Origin: Octopus vulgaris
Lineage: Eukaryota
Reading direction: 5' to 3'
NCBI GenBank assembly: GCA_951406725.2
Contig: OX597820.1
Location: forward strand, 117,118,001-117,182,000
Length of the DNA stretch: 64,000 nt
Each line of letters begins with the position of its first letter. The stretch's first letter is position 1. Below, piece by piece: positions 40,616-52,858 of the stretch. A model generated the notes under the pieces. It saw only the letters and a list, made by a program, of their open reading frames with translations. It had not been told where the DNA came from and did not search any database. The translations under genes and the position numbers were made by a program.

Positions 40616-40722
40616 ATTTCTTATACGATATACCGTTTCATCTGCTGATTAATGGTAAACTAACCTGATTAAATTAAATCAAGCCAATCTTCCACAGGCC
40701 CTCAGATTCTTCAGTAAGAAAT
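40616..40722 (-). ncRNA. Type I hammerhead ribozyme, copy 1
   Basis: ATTTCTTA-CTGAAGA-ATCTG...CAGAT-GAAA-CGGTATATCG-TA-TAAGAAAT. Confidence 0.85.
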
Positions 40723-41107
40723 AGCCCAAGACGGAACAGATATTTTCACGAGGCATTTCCGACGTTGCCAAGTTTATATCTGACCTAAAATTTTCAAATC
40801 GTCGCACTCGCGCCAAATTTATCGGCAGCAAATAAATATAAGCCGTCGATTCCATTACGGAATTAACCAGAAAATTCATAATTAATCAATATAGGGTGGC
40901 AAAAAAATTTTGTAGAATTCTTTTGCCACCAGCGGCCTAGTAGGAAAAAATTAAAATAGTCATAGACCATTTTTAAGTTCAACATCAACAATAAAGGAAC
41001 GGCCATAATAGGCCATTCACCCACTAGAAATAACAGCCAAAGCTTCAACCGCAAATAAAAGTTAATTCAGTAAACCAGGAGAAAATTTAAAAAACATTTA
41101 CCCTGTA

Positions 41108-41214
41108 ATTTCTTATACGATATACCGTTTCATCTGCTGATTAATGGTAAACTAACCTGATTAAATTAAATCAAGCCAATCTTCCACAGGCCCTCAGATT
41201 CTTCAGTAAGAAAT
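41108..41214 (-). ncRNA. Type I hammerhead ribozyme, copy 2
   Basis: Same motif, 492 bp from copy 1. Confidence 0.85.
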
Positions 41215-42025
41215 AGCCCAAGACGGAACAGATATTTTCACGAGGCATTTCCGACGTTGCCAAGTTTATATCTGACCTAAAATTTTCAAATCGTCGCACT
41301 CGCGCCAAATTTATCGGCAGCAAATAAATATAAGCCGTCGATTCCATTACGGAATTAACCAGAAAATTCATAATTAATCAATATAGGGTGGCAAAAAAAA
41401 ATTTTGTAGAATTCTTTTGCCACCAGCGGCCTAGTAGGAAAAAATTAAAATAGTCATAGACCATTTTTAAGTTCAACATCAACAATAAAGGAACGGCCAT
41501 AATAGGCCATTCACCCACTAGAAATAACAGCCAAAGCTTCAACCGCAAATAAAAGTTAATTCAGTAAACCAGGAGAAAATTTTAAAAAATTTAAAAAATT
41601 TAAAAAATTTAAAAAATTTAAAATTTTTTTTAAATTTAAAAAATGGGTAAATGTTTTTTAAATTTTCTCCTGGTTTACTGAATTAAGTTTTATTTGCGGT
41701 TGAAGCTTTGGATGTTATTTCTAGTGGGTGAATGGCCTATTATGGCCGTTCCTTTATTGTTGATGTTGAACTTAAAAATGGTCTATGACTATTTTAATTT
41801 TTTCCTACTAGGCCGCTGGTGGCAAAAGAATTCTACAAAATTTTTTTGCCACCCTATATTGATTAATTATGAATTTTCTGGTTAATTCCGTAATGGAATC
41901 GACGGCTTATATTTATTTGCTGCCGATAAATTTGGCGCGAGTGCGACGATTTGAAAATTTTAGGTCAGATATAAACTTGGCAACGTCGGAAATGCCTCGT
42001 GAAAATATCTGTTCCGTCTTGGGCT

Positions 42026-42132
42026 ATTTCTTACTGAAGAATCTGAGGGCCTGTGGAAGATTGGCTTGATTTAATTTAATCAGGTTAGTTTACCATTAAT
42101 CAGCAGATGAAACGGTATATCGTATAAGAAAT
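42026..42132 (+). ncRNA. Type I hammerhead ribozyme, copy 3
   Basis: 8-bp stem I, CTGAAGA at 42034-42040, 5-bp stem II, GAAA at 42109-42112, GUA cleavage predicted after 42124. Confidence 0.85.
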
Positions 42133-42519
42133 TACAGGGTAAATGTTTTTTAAATTTTCTCCTGGTTTACTGAATTAACTTTTATTTGCGGTTGAAGCTT
42201 TGGCTGTTATTTCTAGTGGGTGAATGGCCTATTATGGCCGTTCCTTTATTGTTGATGTTGAACTTAAAAATGGTCTATGACTATTTTAATTTTTTCCTAC
42301 TAGGCCACTGGTGGCAAAAGAATTCTACAAAATTTTTTTTTGCCACCCTATATTGATTAATTATGAATTTTCTGGTTAATTCCGTAATGGAATCGACGGC
42401 TTATATTTATTTGCTGCCGATAAATTTGGCGCGAGTGCGACGATTTGAAAATTTTAGGTCAGATATAAACTTGGCAACGTCGGAAATGCCTCGTGAAAAT
42501 ATCTGTTCCGTCTTGGGCT

Positions 42520-42626
42520 ATTTCTTACTGAAGAATCTGAGGGCCTGTGGAAGATTGGCTTGATTTAATTTAATCAGGTTAGTTTACCATTAATCAGCAG
42601 ATGAAACGGTATATCGTATAAGAAAT
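42520..42626 (+). ncRNA. Type I hammerhead ribozyme, copy 4
   Basis: Same motif; predicted cleavage after 42618. Confidence 0.85.
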
Positions 42627-42748
42627 TACAGGGTAAATGTTTTTAAAATTTTCTCCTGGTTTACTGAATTAACTTTTATTTGCGGTTGAAGCTTTTTGGC
42701 TGTTATTTCTAGTGGGTGAATGGCCTATTATGGCCGTTCCTTTATTGT

Positions 42749-42783
<35 letters not shown>

Positions 42784-42897
42784 TACATGTCTTACACTTA
42801 TGTATATCTTATAAATTTGTCTGTACGGTTAGTATTCACTTGCCACTAGTTATGGCATTTTAATAGTACTATCGCTCTCATATTTACTTCTATTACA

Positions 42898-43289
42898 TCT
42901 TTATATATAAAAGTGAGGTTGTGTGTCTGTCTCCTACGATTTAGATTCCTAACTACTCCCACATTTTGCGGTGCAGTTTAACCAAAACCGGGTATCTTAT
43001 AGTCGTGATTCATATCGAGCCCTTCTGGGCATTAGCGCGCATCTACGATGAGTCTACGATTTAAAAAAAAATTTATCATCAATTTTTCCCATTTTTAATG
43101 CAGTTTTGGCATATATAAAGGAAGTAACTCTCTAAAAATTTATTATTAAATCTCAGAACGTAAAAAGCTACAGTAACACCCCCCTTTGTGGTTAGCCATA
43201 TTGAGATGGCTATTATACTTTACATCTCTAAAAATGCTTATATAGTTATTTCCCTTACAAACCCGAGCAACGCCAGGCGATATTGCCAG
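42898..43289 (+). mobile_element. Non-autonomous Helitron (internally deleted relative of 22105-22737)
   Basis: A|TCTTTATATATAAAA ... CCCGAGCAACGCCAGGCGATATTGCCAG|T. Confidence 0.75.
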
Positions 43290-43534
43290 TTAGCAATAAG
43301 GATTACTACGAAGTTGCATAGCATTATCTTTAGTTTTCCAATTTATATACCACCTGACATAGACCTACACGTGTTTCAACTGCCCCGATTAGTAACCAGT
43401 GCAGCAGCAACCCTGCTATCATACCGGTGCAGTTTCTTCCGGGTCTTTACTTGATATTGTTCGATTTTCTGTTTAAAGGTTTTCTTTTATTTACTCTGCG
43501 TTGTATAATGTAGAGCTGTCCGTTAAGTTAGACA

Positions 43535-43965
43535 TATGTATGTATGTGCTTATGTAGGTATGCATGTATGTATGCATGTACGTATGCATGCATGCATGTA
43601 TGTATGCATGCATGTAGGTATGCATGTATGTATGTATGTGTGTATGTAGGCATGCATGTATGTAGGTATGCATGTACGTATGTATGTATGTAGGTATGCA
43701 TGTATCTATGTGTGTATGTACGTATGTATGTATGTAGGTATGCATGTATGTATGTATGTACATACGTATGTATGTATGTATGTATGTATGTATGTAGGTA
43801 TATATGCATGCCTGTATGTAGGTATGTATGTATGCATGTATGTAGGTTTGCATGTATGTATGTAGGTATGTATGTATGCATGCATGCATGCATGCATGTA
43901 TGTATGTGTGTATGTATGATGTATGTATGTGTGCATATATATATATGTGTGTGTGTGTGTGTGTA
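43535..43965. repeat. (TATG)n microsatellite
   Basis: Directly visible. Confidence 0.95.
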
Positions 43966-44431
43966 AGAATATATTTATAAATGTGTATACCTATGCATGT
44001 CTTTGTATAAGTGTTTGTCCTCCCACCTCTATTTAATAACTGGTACTAGTTAGTTTGCACTCCATGACTTAGTGATTCAGCAAAATACTGACAGAATAAG
44101 GACCAGATTTAAAATAAGTACTAAGGTCGATTTGTTCAACTAAACCTGTGCCCCAGTATGGCCACAGTCCAATGTCTGAAGCAAGATTTAATTATACCTA
44201 ATGATACAGCAGTTCATCATCATCATCTTCGTTTAGCATCCGCTTTCCATGCTAGCATGGGTTGGACGGTTCAACTGGGGTCTGGGAAGCCAGAAGGCTG
44301 CACCAGGCCCAGTCTAATATGGCAATGTTTCTACGGCTGGATGCCCTTCCTAACGCCAACCACTCCATGAGTGTAGTGGGTGCTTTTTAACCCATAACTA
44401 GAAGATTCCTTATCTTTTTTCCTCCATTTAC

Positions 44432-44826
44432 TTTGCCAACACAGCATGGCAGTCCTGGTTTAGGACGAATGTTGCTGTAATTTAGCCCCAGGAGACATCG
44501 TCTCCAACTGGCTATACAGCACGATCTGTGCCCTTATATTTTCGAACAAAGGAATCTAGCAACTCCACTCAGCTCAAAACAATATCTGTGTATCGTGATT
44601 TCCAGGTTATTTCCCTTCAACAGCACAGAATAATTGTTTGGCTAGAGGTGGCACTGCCAAATTCCCATTCGAAATATATAGTTTACAAAGTGACTAGTCA
44701 CTAATCTATAAATTAGAAAATATAAGGACAGATTGTGTCGTATAGCCAGCTGGAGATGATGTCTTCTGGGGCTAAATTCCAGCTACATTCGTCCTAAACC
44801 AGGACTTGCCATGTTATGTTGGCAAA
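44432..44826. mobile_element. MITE-like element with ~110-bp imperfect TIRs
   Basis: 44432-44543 is inverted at 44716-44826; no clear TSD. Confidence 0.65.
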
Positions 44827-45690
44827 CAATCTTTACTCCAAAGTACTGTTGTTGAATGTCGCTCGTGGGATTTAAAAATAGTAATATTCTAAATCTACTT
44901 TCTTCCCAAACCCACTGTGTTATGTTACTATTTAGAGTTTACAGTTCTACCATGATAAAACTAAGAAAGAGATAAAGTGATGTTTAGTCATATTTAATAT
45001 GTTCACATGCATTTGAACATGGAAAGACAATATGCTGTGAAAGCTGTCTTGAGAGAAGACATTTTCCTTATAGACAATATGGGTGTAAGCACACCATTAG
45101 GCCATGGACAACATCACTGAATTGTAGGATTCATTTCTGCATTATTATGCTTCATCAGTTCCATATACTGAGCCATCATTCATGGCCACTAAAAACTGTA
45201 CATTCTTATACTGACACTGCATGACTTATGACATTAAATGTTCCAGTTGTTTTGATCAACAAAACAGTCAGCTTGTGAAATTAGTGTGCAAGTGGTTGAG
45301 CACCCCATGGACACGTATAACCTCAATGTAGTTCTCAGGGAGATTCCGTGTGACACAGAATGCAACAAAGCTGGTCCTTTGATTTTGCCCGCTGACAGAC
45401 TGGAGCAATGGGAAATGAATTGTCTGGCTCAAAGAGACAACATACTGCCTGGAATCAAACTCACAACATCACAACTGTGAGCCAAATACCTTAACCATTA
45501 TGCCACCCACCTTCTTAGGCCATTCTTGTTTTGGAATAGCACATGGTACATTTGCTGATATTCAAAAAGTTTTAAGATTTAAACTACTGTTTTTAAACAT
45601 TATCGTTTTAAATTCACGTAACAATAATAATGAAAATAGCATTCGATAATGGTATTTCACTTATCTAAAAACTTATGATGAACAGATATA

Positions 45691-46107
45691 GGTGCAGGAG
45701 TGGCTGTGTGGTAAGTAGCTTGCTAACAAACCACATGGTTCCGAGTTCAGTCCCACTGCGTGGCATCTTGGGCAAGTGTCTTCTGCTATAGCCCCGGGCC
45801 GACCAATGCCTTGTGAGTGGATTTGGTAGACGGAAACTGAAAAGAAGCCCGTTGTATATATGTATATATATATATATATGTGTGTGTGTTTGTGTGTCTG
45901 TGTTTGTACCCCTAGCATTGCTTGACAACCGATGCTGGTGTGTTTACGTCCCCGTTACTTAGCGGTTCGGCAAAAAGAGACCGATAGAATAAGTACTGGG
46001 CTTACAAAAGAATAAGTCCCAGGGTCGAGTTGCTCGATTAAAGGCGGTGCTCCAGCTTGGCCGTAGTCAAATGACTGAAACAAGTAAAAGAGTAAAAGAG
46101 TAAAAGA
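45691..46107 (+). mobile_element. SINE family B, full length
   Basis: Matches other B copies. Confidence 0.85.
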
Positions 46108-47033
46108 GATACCAAAAGTAAACACGATCTTCTGAATTAGATTACTCAATTAACATGAAAGTAATTATGAGGTAATTAATATATTGTAGAATATTTAATC
46201 TGAACTGGGAATAGTAAAAAAAAAGAAAAATGGTATTATTTCCACAAAATAGACCAACTTCAGATTTTATTCAGAGTTTCTAAAAAATTCTAATAGAAAA
46301 AAATTATGTTGAAAGTCCGACTCAGCAGATTGGCGAAATAAGTTTGGCTGTTTGGGGTGAATTTAATCCAGTCTGGTGACTTCTGCTGTAAATCATAATA
46401 TTTGCCAGCATATAAGATGCACTCTGACATAGGATGCACTCACGCATAATGTACAAATATATTTTGTGGAAAAGACAAATTTAGTATGTTTCATCATACG
46501 CTTATTGAAAGATATTTTAAAGTGGTTTTGCTGGGGGAGAATATCTGATTCTGTGCATGTAAATACACTGTTATGACAGTACATTAGAACAGAGTATGAA
46601 ACCATGTATTACCATATATAAACTACGTTGTACAAGTGCCATATTTCAGCTTTATCTTCTTTCAGATCAGTGCTAGAGTTATTTATATTTTGGTCGAGGG
46701 AATTGCTGTACAGCATGTAAATCCTGTATTTTTTTCGTCTCTGGTGTTTTGTGTTACTATGATCAACTACCAGGATTGTGCGCTGCTGCTATGATTTTGT
46801 TGTCATCCACTTGTTGCAAAAAGCTGGCTGGGGGATAGAAACCAAACATTCCTTTCATCTTTCTGGGAAGATTTTTTTTTTGTTTGGATAGTTAAAAAAG
46901 GGAACAGAGTCATTAAACAATGTATAACATGTATCAGGTGTGGGTTGTGGGCCCCCCCCCTTCTACATAACTACCAAAGTACCATCGGGAATATTTCATC
47001 AGCTTCAGTTATCAAACCGATATTTTGGGTTTC

Positions 47034-47057
47034 ATTATTATTATTATTATAATTATA

Positions 47058-47094
<37 letters not shown>

Positions 47095-47269
47095 GTAGTA
47101 GTAGTAGTAGTAGTAGTAGCAGCAGCAGTAACAGCAGCAGCAGCAGTAGTAATAGTAGTAGTAGTAGTAGCAGTAGTAGCAGCAGCAGCAGTAACAGCAG
47201 TAGCAGCAGTAGTAGTAGTAGTAGCAGCAGCAGCAGCAGCAGCAGTAACAGCAGCGGCGGCAGTGGTAA

Positions 47270-47335
<66 letters not shown>

Positions 47336-47339
47336 CAGC

Positions 47340-47373
<34 letters not shown>

Positions 47374-47447
47374 GTAGTAATAGTAGTAGTAGTAGTAGTA
47401 GCAGCAGCAGTGGTAGTTGTAGTAGTAGTAGTAGTAGCAGCAGTAGT

Positions 47448-47479
<32 letters not shown>

Positions 47480-47490
47480 TAGTAGTAGTA
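47034..47490. repeat. (ATT)n-(AGT/AGC)n trinucleotide tract
   Basis: Directly visible. Confidence 0.95.
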
Positions 47491-49448
47491 AGGTGGTGAG
47501 CTGTTTGAATCGTTCATACACTGGGCAAAATGCTTAGCAGCTTTTCATCTGACTTTGCATTCTTCCAAGTTCAAATTCTGCTAAGGTAGACTTTACCTTT
47601 TGTCCTTTCAGGGTCGATAAAATAAATACCAGTTGAATACTGGGGTCACTATAATCGACATACCCCCTCCTCCAAAACTGATGGCCTTCTGCCAAAAATT
47701 TGAAACCAATATCTTATTTTTAGTAACGTTTATTGTACCAAGAGGACCTGAGGCTCATCTAATTTAGCTAACCTCAGGTGCTCAGTTTCCCACCTGTGAT
47801 GAGGGCACAGTTCATTAGAAACTGGGTAATTTGGGGATACATTTAAAAATTGAAAAAAAACACATCTTTTAAGCCAAGAATTACAATAAGTTATTTTCAA
47901 AGTAGGACCAACCAATTGTGGTCAATGCCAGCCCCCTCTGGTCCCTGGTGGCATGATGATGGTGATGATGATGATGACGATGCTGATGATGATGGTGTTG
48001 ATGATGATGGTGATGGTGGTGGTGGTGGTGGTGGTGGTGGTGGTGGTGGTGGTGGTGATCCTGATGATGATGATGAGTGGTTCCTAACGCCAACCACTCT
48101 CGGAGTGGTTAGAATTAGGAAGGGCATCCAGCTGTAGAAACACTGCCAGATCAGATTGGGGCCTGGTTCAGCCTCCTGGTTTCCCAGACCCCAGTAGAAC
48201 CGTCCAACCCATGCCAGCATGGAAAACGGATGTTAATAACAATGACGATGACAAAGTCAAACCTGTTTTAAGGAGGTGATACATATACTCACCTATTGTA
48301 GCATATTACTGGTACATATTTTATTGATTGTGCCTCAGATGGAAGGCAAAGCTAACTCCACTAAAAGCTGACCTTCCCAATATCAACAATAAACCTATTG
48401 AAACTCTTTATAGTTTTGGCATGAAGCCAATAATTTTGAGAGGGAGTTGATTACCTTGGTTCCATTACTTGATTGGTACTTTATTTTTTCAGCCCCAGAA
48501 GGATGAAAAGCAAAGTTGACCTCAGCAGAATTTGAACTCAGAATCTAAAAAAACCAAATGAAATACTCTAAGCATTTTGTTCACGATGCTCGGGCAAGGT
48601 CCCAGGAAATTTTCGAAGGGAGGGCATGAGGTCAGAAGGGAAAACAGTTCCAGGAGAAAAGGGGTTAATAACATTATTTAGAAGGGCACACTTCTTTTTG
48701 GGGTGGGTGGGGGGTGGGAGCATGTACCCCCCCTCATGCTTCCTCCTTGGGTCCGCCCCTGATGCTAATGATTCTGCCAGCTCAATTCCTTTATTAATCC
48801 TACAGAAATGATGATACAAATCATAAAACTGTATTAGGGGTTCAAAACTGAACTGTTAGGTGCCCAGTCAGACATCACAACCAAATCACCATACTTTCAC
48901 ATGATTGGTCAATTAAGCAGCCAATCAGTATAAAACTGTCACGTGATTCAGTTTTCTAGAATCTTCTGTATGTTCCCCATATAAAGCTGCTTTTGGTGTC
49001 GACACACTTTGTAGAACATTGAGACTGGTTGACTCATTCACACATCTCACCTCTTGCCAGGCAAAATGTTGAGGCAGTTGTAAGATGTGTCCTTATTCTT
49101 GCCACAGCCTGACAATCCAAGAAGTCGGTTAAGACAAATGGCAGATAGATAACAGGAATCTCTGTCGCCAGGAATACAGCACAATTGTTTTTAGTTATGC
49201 TGGGCCATCCACATGTTGCCATATCATTACGCTTGCTGTAAAGTCCAGGCAGTATGTCTACTCAGTGTGCAATTATTGCTGTTATTTATATAAGACCAAC
49301 TCTGCTTGACCCAATGTGCAATAATAAAATTTTGTGCTAAATGTCTGCAGGTGTTGTTCAATTAGTTCTTCATGCCACACATCTTTATTCCCCAACTCAA
49401 CCAGTCACCCCTCCTCATACAACCAACTAACACACACATACAACTACC

Positions 49449-50474
49449 TTAACCCATTCATACTGATCGTCTGTTTTAACTGACCCTTAATTTATAAGGG
49501 TATCAAATAAATACTTGATACAAATTGTGATTTGTGTATGATTTGTATCAAAGAATGCAGTCTGTTTGAACAAACGTTTGCACCTTAACTTCTTATTTCT
49601 TTACTGCCCACAAGGGGCCAAACATGGAGGGGACAAACAAGGAGAGACAAACGGATTAAGTCGGTTATATCGACCCCAGTGCATAACTGGTACTTTATTT
49701 ATCGACCCTGAAAGGATGAAAGGCAAAGTCGACCTCGGCGGAATTTGAACTCAGAACGTAAAGTCATGCGAAATACCTATTTCTTTATTACCCACAAGGG
49801 GCTAAACATAGGGGACAAACAAGGACAGACAAACGGATTAAGTCGATTATATCGACCCCAGTGTGTAACTGGTACTTTATTTATCGACCCTGAAAGGATG
49901 AAAGACAAAGTCAACCTTGGTGGAATTTGAACTCAGAATGTAAAGTCAGGCGAAATACCTATTTCTTTATTACCCACAAGGGGCTAAACATAGAGGGGAC
50001 AAACAAGGACAGACAAAGGGATTAAGTCGATTATATCAACCCCAGTGTGTAACTGGTACTTAATTTATCGATGCCGAAAGGATGAAAAGCAAAGTCGACC
50101 TCGGCGGAATTTGAACTCAGAACATAAAGTCAGGCGAAATACCTATTTCTTTATTACCCACAAGGGGCTAAACATAGAGGGGACAAACAAAGACTGACAA
50201 AGGGATTAAGTCGATTATATCGACCCCAGTGCATAACTGGTACTTTATTTATCAACCCCGAAAGGATGAAAGGCAAAGTCGACCTCAGCGGAATTTGAAC
50301 TCAGAATGTAAAGTCAGGCGAAATATTGCTAGGCATTTCGCCTGGCATGCCAACGTTTCTGCCAGCTCATCGCCTTCCACCTTAACTTCTAACAACCACA
50401 GTTGTGCAATATGGCGAGTACAAGCAATTCAGGCAATTTCATTCACTAGAAAAATTTCGGTACGAATGGGTTAA
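49449..50474. mobile_element. piggyBac-type MITE hosting a SINE array
   Basis: TTAA-CCCATTCATAC ... GTACGAATGGG-TTAA. Confidence 0.65.
49594..50377 (-). mobile_element. SINE A tetramer (one head plus four ~183-bp bodies)
   Basis: 13-bp TSD CACCTTAACTTCT at 49581-49593 and 50378-50390. Confidence 0.85.
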
Positions 50475-51107
50475 AAGGCAATCAAATCATAAATCTAATC
50501 ATAAAACTTCTTCCATTGAATAAAAGGCAAGATTAACCTTGCTCAGGGTTGAACTCTGTACAAAGCAAACATTGAAATATCTGGGCAACATAAATCACCA
50601 AGAACAGATATGTAATGTTTCTTAAACATCAGTTCTATATTGAATTCAAATAAGATAATTATAGAGTTGTGAGTTGTGATCATTCAGCCGTGAAGATGTT
50701 AATTACTTAAGATTAACTAGAAATTAACCTCCAATATCCATACATCCATAAATATTACATCTTAAATCGTTTCTATTTTCTATTGAGTCTATTATTAAAC
50801 AGTCGAAGAGTAAATTTTAGCTACATTGATCTGCCACTGTCTTAAGCGAGAATCTTGAGGAATAATCCAGCAGATTAGGAATCTTATGAATAAAATCTGG
50901 TCTGATATCAAAATCCATCAATCTAGAAAACTTTGTTATGTGTTTGCTTTTTATTTATTTTCTTTTTTTATTTTTCATTTTATGATATTCTTCTAATTTG
51001 ATATATTTTTCTTATGGTTGAAGCAGTGGAGTCTGTGAAGTATTGGAAACATTAGAGCACGGACTGTGCGATTAATTCCACAGCAGGAAGCAGGAATGGC
51101 TAGGGAT

Positions 51108-51222
51108 CAGCAGCAACTGTAGTAGTAGTAGTAGCAGCAGCAGCAGCAGTAGCAGTAGTAGTAGTAGTAGTAGTAGTAGTAGCAGCAGTAGTAGTAGTAA
51201 TAGTAGTAGTAGTAGTAGTAGT

Positions 51223-51260
<38 letters not shown>

Positions 51261-51309
51261 TAGCAGTTGTAGTAGTAGCTGCAGTAGTAGTAGTAGTAGT
51301 AGTAGTAGG

Positions 51310-51344
<35 letters not shown>

Positions 51345-51618
51345 TAGTAGCAGCAGCAGCAGCAGCAGTAGTAGCAGTAGTAGTAGTAGTAGTAGCAGCA
51401 GTAGTAGTAGCAGCAGTAGTAGTAGTAGTAGTAGTAGCAGCAGCAGTAGTAGTAGTAGTAGTAGTAGTAGTAGCAGCAGTAGTAGTAGCTGCAGCAGCAG
51501 TAGTAGTAGTAGTAGTAGCAGCAGTAGTAGTAGTAGTAGTAGTAGTAGCAGCAGTAGTAGTAGCTGCAGCAGCAGTAGTAGTAGTAGTAGTAGCAGCAGT
51601 AGTAGTAGTAGTAGTAGT

Positions 51619-51650
<32 letters not shown>

Positions 51651-52284
51651 TAGTAGTAGCAGCAGTAGTAGTAGCTGCAGCAGCAGTAGTAGTAGTAGTA
51701 GCAGCAGCAGTAGTAGTAGTAGTAGTAGTAGTAGCAGCAGTAGTAGTAGCTGCAGCAGCAGTAGTAGTAGTAGTAGCAGCAGCAGTAGTAGTAGTAGTAG
51801 TAGTAGTAGCAGCAGTAGTAGTAGCTGCAGCAGCAGTAGTAGTAGTAGTAGTAGCAGCAGTAGTAGTAGTAGTAGTAGTAGGAGCAGCAGTAGTAGTAGC
51901 TGCAGCAGCAGTAGTAGTAGTAGTAGCAGCAGTAGTAGTAGTAGTAGTAGTAGTAATAGCAGCAGCAGTAGTAGTAGTAGTAGTAGTAGGAGCAGCAGTA
52001 GTAGTAGCTGCAGCAGCAGTAGTAGTAGTAGTAGCAGCAGTAGTAGTAGTTGTAGTAGTAGTAGTAGCAGCAGCAGTAGTAGTAGTAGTAGCAGCAGTAG
52101 TAGTAGTTGTAGTAGTAGTAGTAGCAGCAGCAGTAGTAGTAGTAGTAGCAGCAGTAGTAGTAGTTGTAGTAGTAGTAGTAGCAGCAGCAGTAGTAGTAGT
52201 AGTAGCAGCAGTAGTAGTAGTTGTAGTAGTAGTAGTGGTAGCAGCAGCAGCAGCAATAGTAGTAGTAGTAGTAGTAGTAGTAGT
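51108..52284. repeat. 1.18-kb (AGT/AGC)n tract with 75- and 57-bp higher-order periods
   Basis: Directly visible; marker triplets GCT and GTT recur periodically. Confidence 0.95.
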
Positions 52285-52820
52285 ATGAAGGCATGCGTTG
52301 TAATAGCACATTGCTGCATCCACAATTTGTGATTGATTCCTCTCCCTGGCAGATGACCCCTTTTCTACCGCTCAGCTAACAGCTCTCCAACCTAATGGGC
52401 CTGTTTGGATAGTCGTTACTGGTGACGATTTTTTAAGCAGTCAGAGTGCAAATTGTACCTCATCCTCTATTCGCTGCCCTTCATGATGTGCTCATGAAAC
52501 GTTGGGCTCTATTCTTTGACATGCTTCCTCACACACCAACTGTAGAATTAGATATGAATTAAATGTTACTCTTTTACTGGTTCCACACACCTGCCAATAA
52601 TCATAATTATGCACACATGTAGAATTAGGTGGCACAAACTTCTGTATACTTCATATATCAAACTTGATGATCAGGATACGATATTTTCAACAGATAATTC
52701 ATTGACTGATCAAAAAGAAGCACATCTCTTGAGGAGACAGGTGGAGGCATGGTCCATCCAATGAATCAATTTGGCCCTTAGATATACATACATACATATA
52801 TACATACATACATACATACA

Positions 52821-52855
<35 letters not shown>

Positions 52856-52858
<3 letters not shown>

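Larger units (their letters stand above)
40388..42752. mobile_element. Tandem-inverted array of ~492-bp hammerhead-containing units (retrozyme/Penelope-pLTR-like)
   Basis: Left arm: units start at 40388, 40879 and 41371 (partial). AT-only junction at 41581-41644. Right arm: inverted units with period 494. (TA)n on both flanks. Confidence 0.85.

Noticed and set aside
40679-42563. Repeated 63-66 aa ORFs in the 492-bp array
   Set aside because: They recur only because the unit repeats, show no recognisable homology, and contain stops, so no endless ORF on a circle is evident
40388-42752. Interpretation as CRISPR array, plain satellite or Foldback DNA transposon
   Set aside because: No unique spacers; the ends are asymmetric with no TIR/TSD pair; the intact HHR per unit fits a retroelement origin better
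49050-49236. Minus-strand segment with acceptor/donor-like borders and an open frame
   Set aside because: Unrecognisable peptide; may be decayed transposon sequence; phase does not join the 55389-55509 candidate
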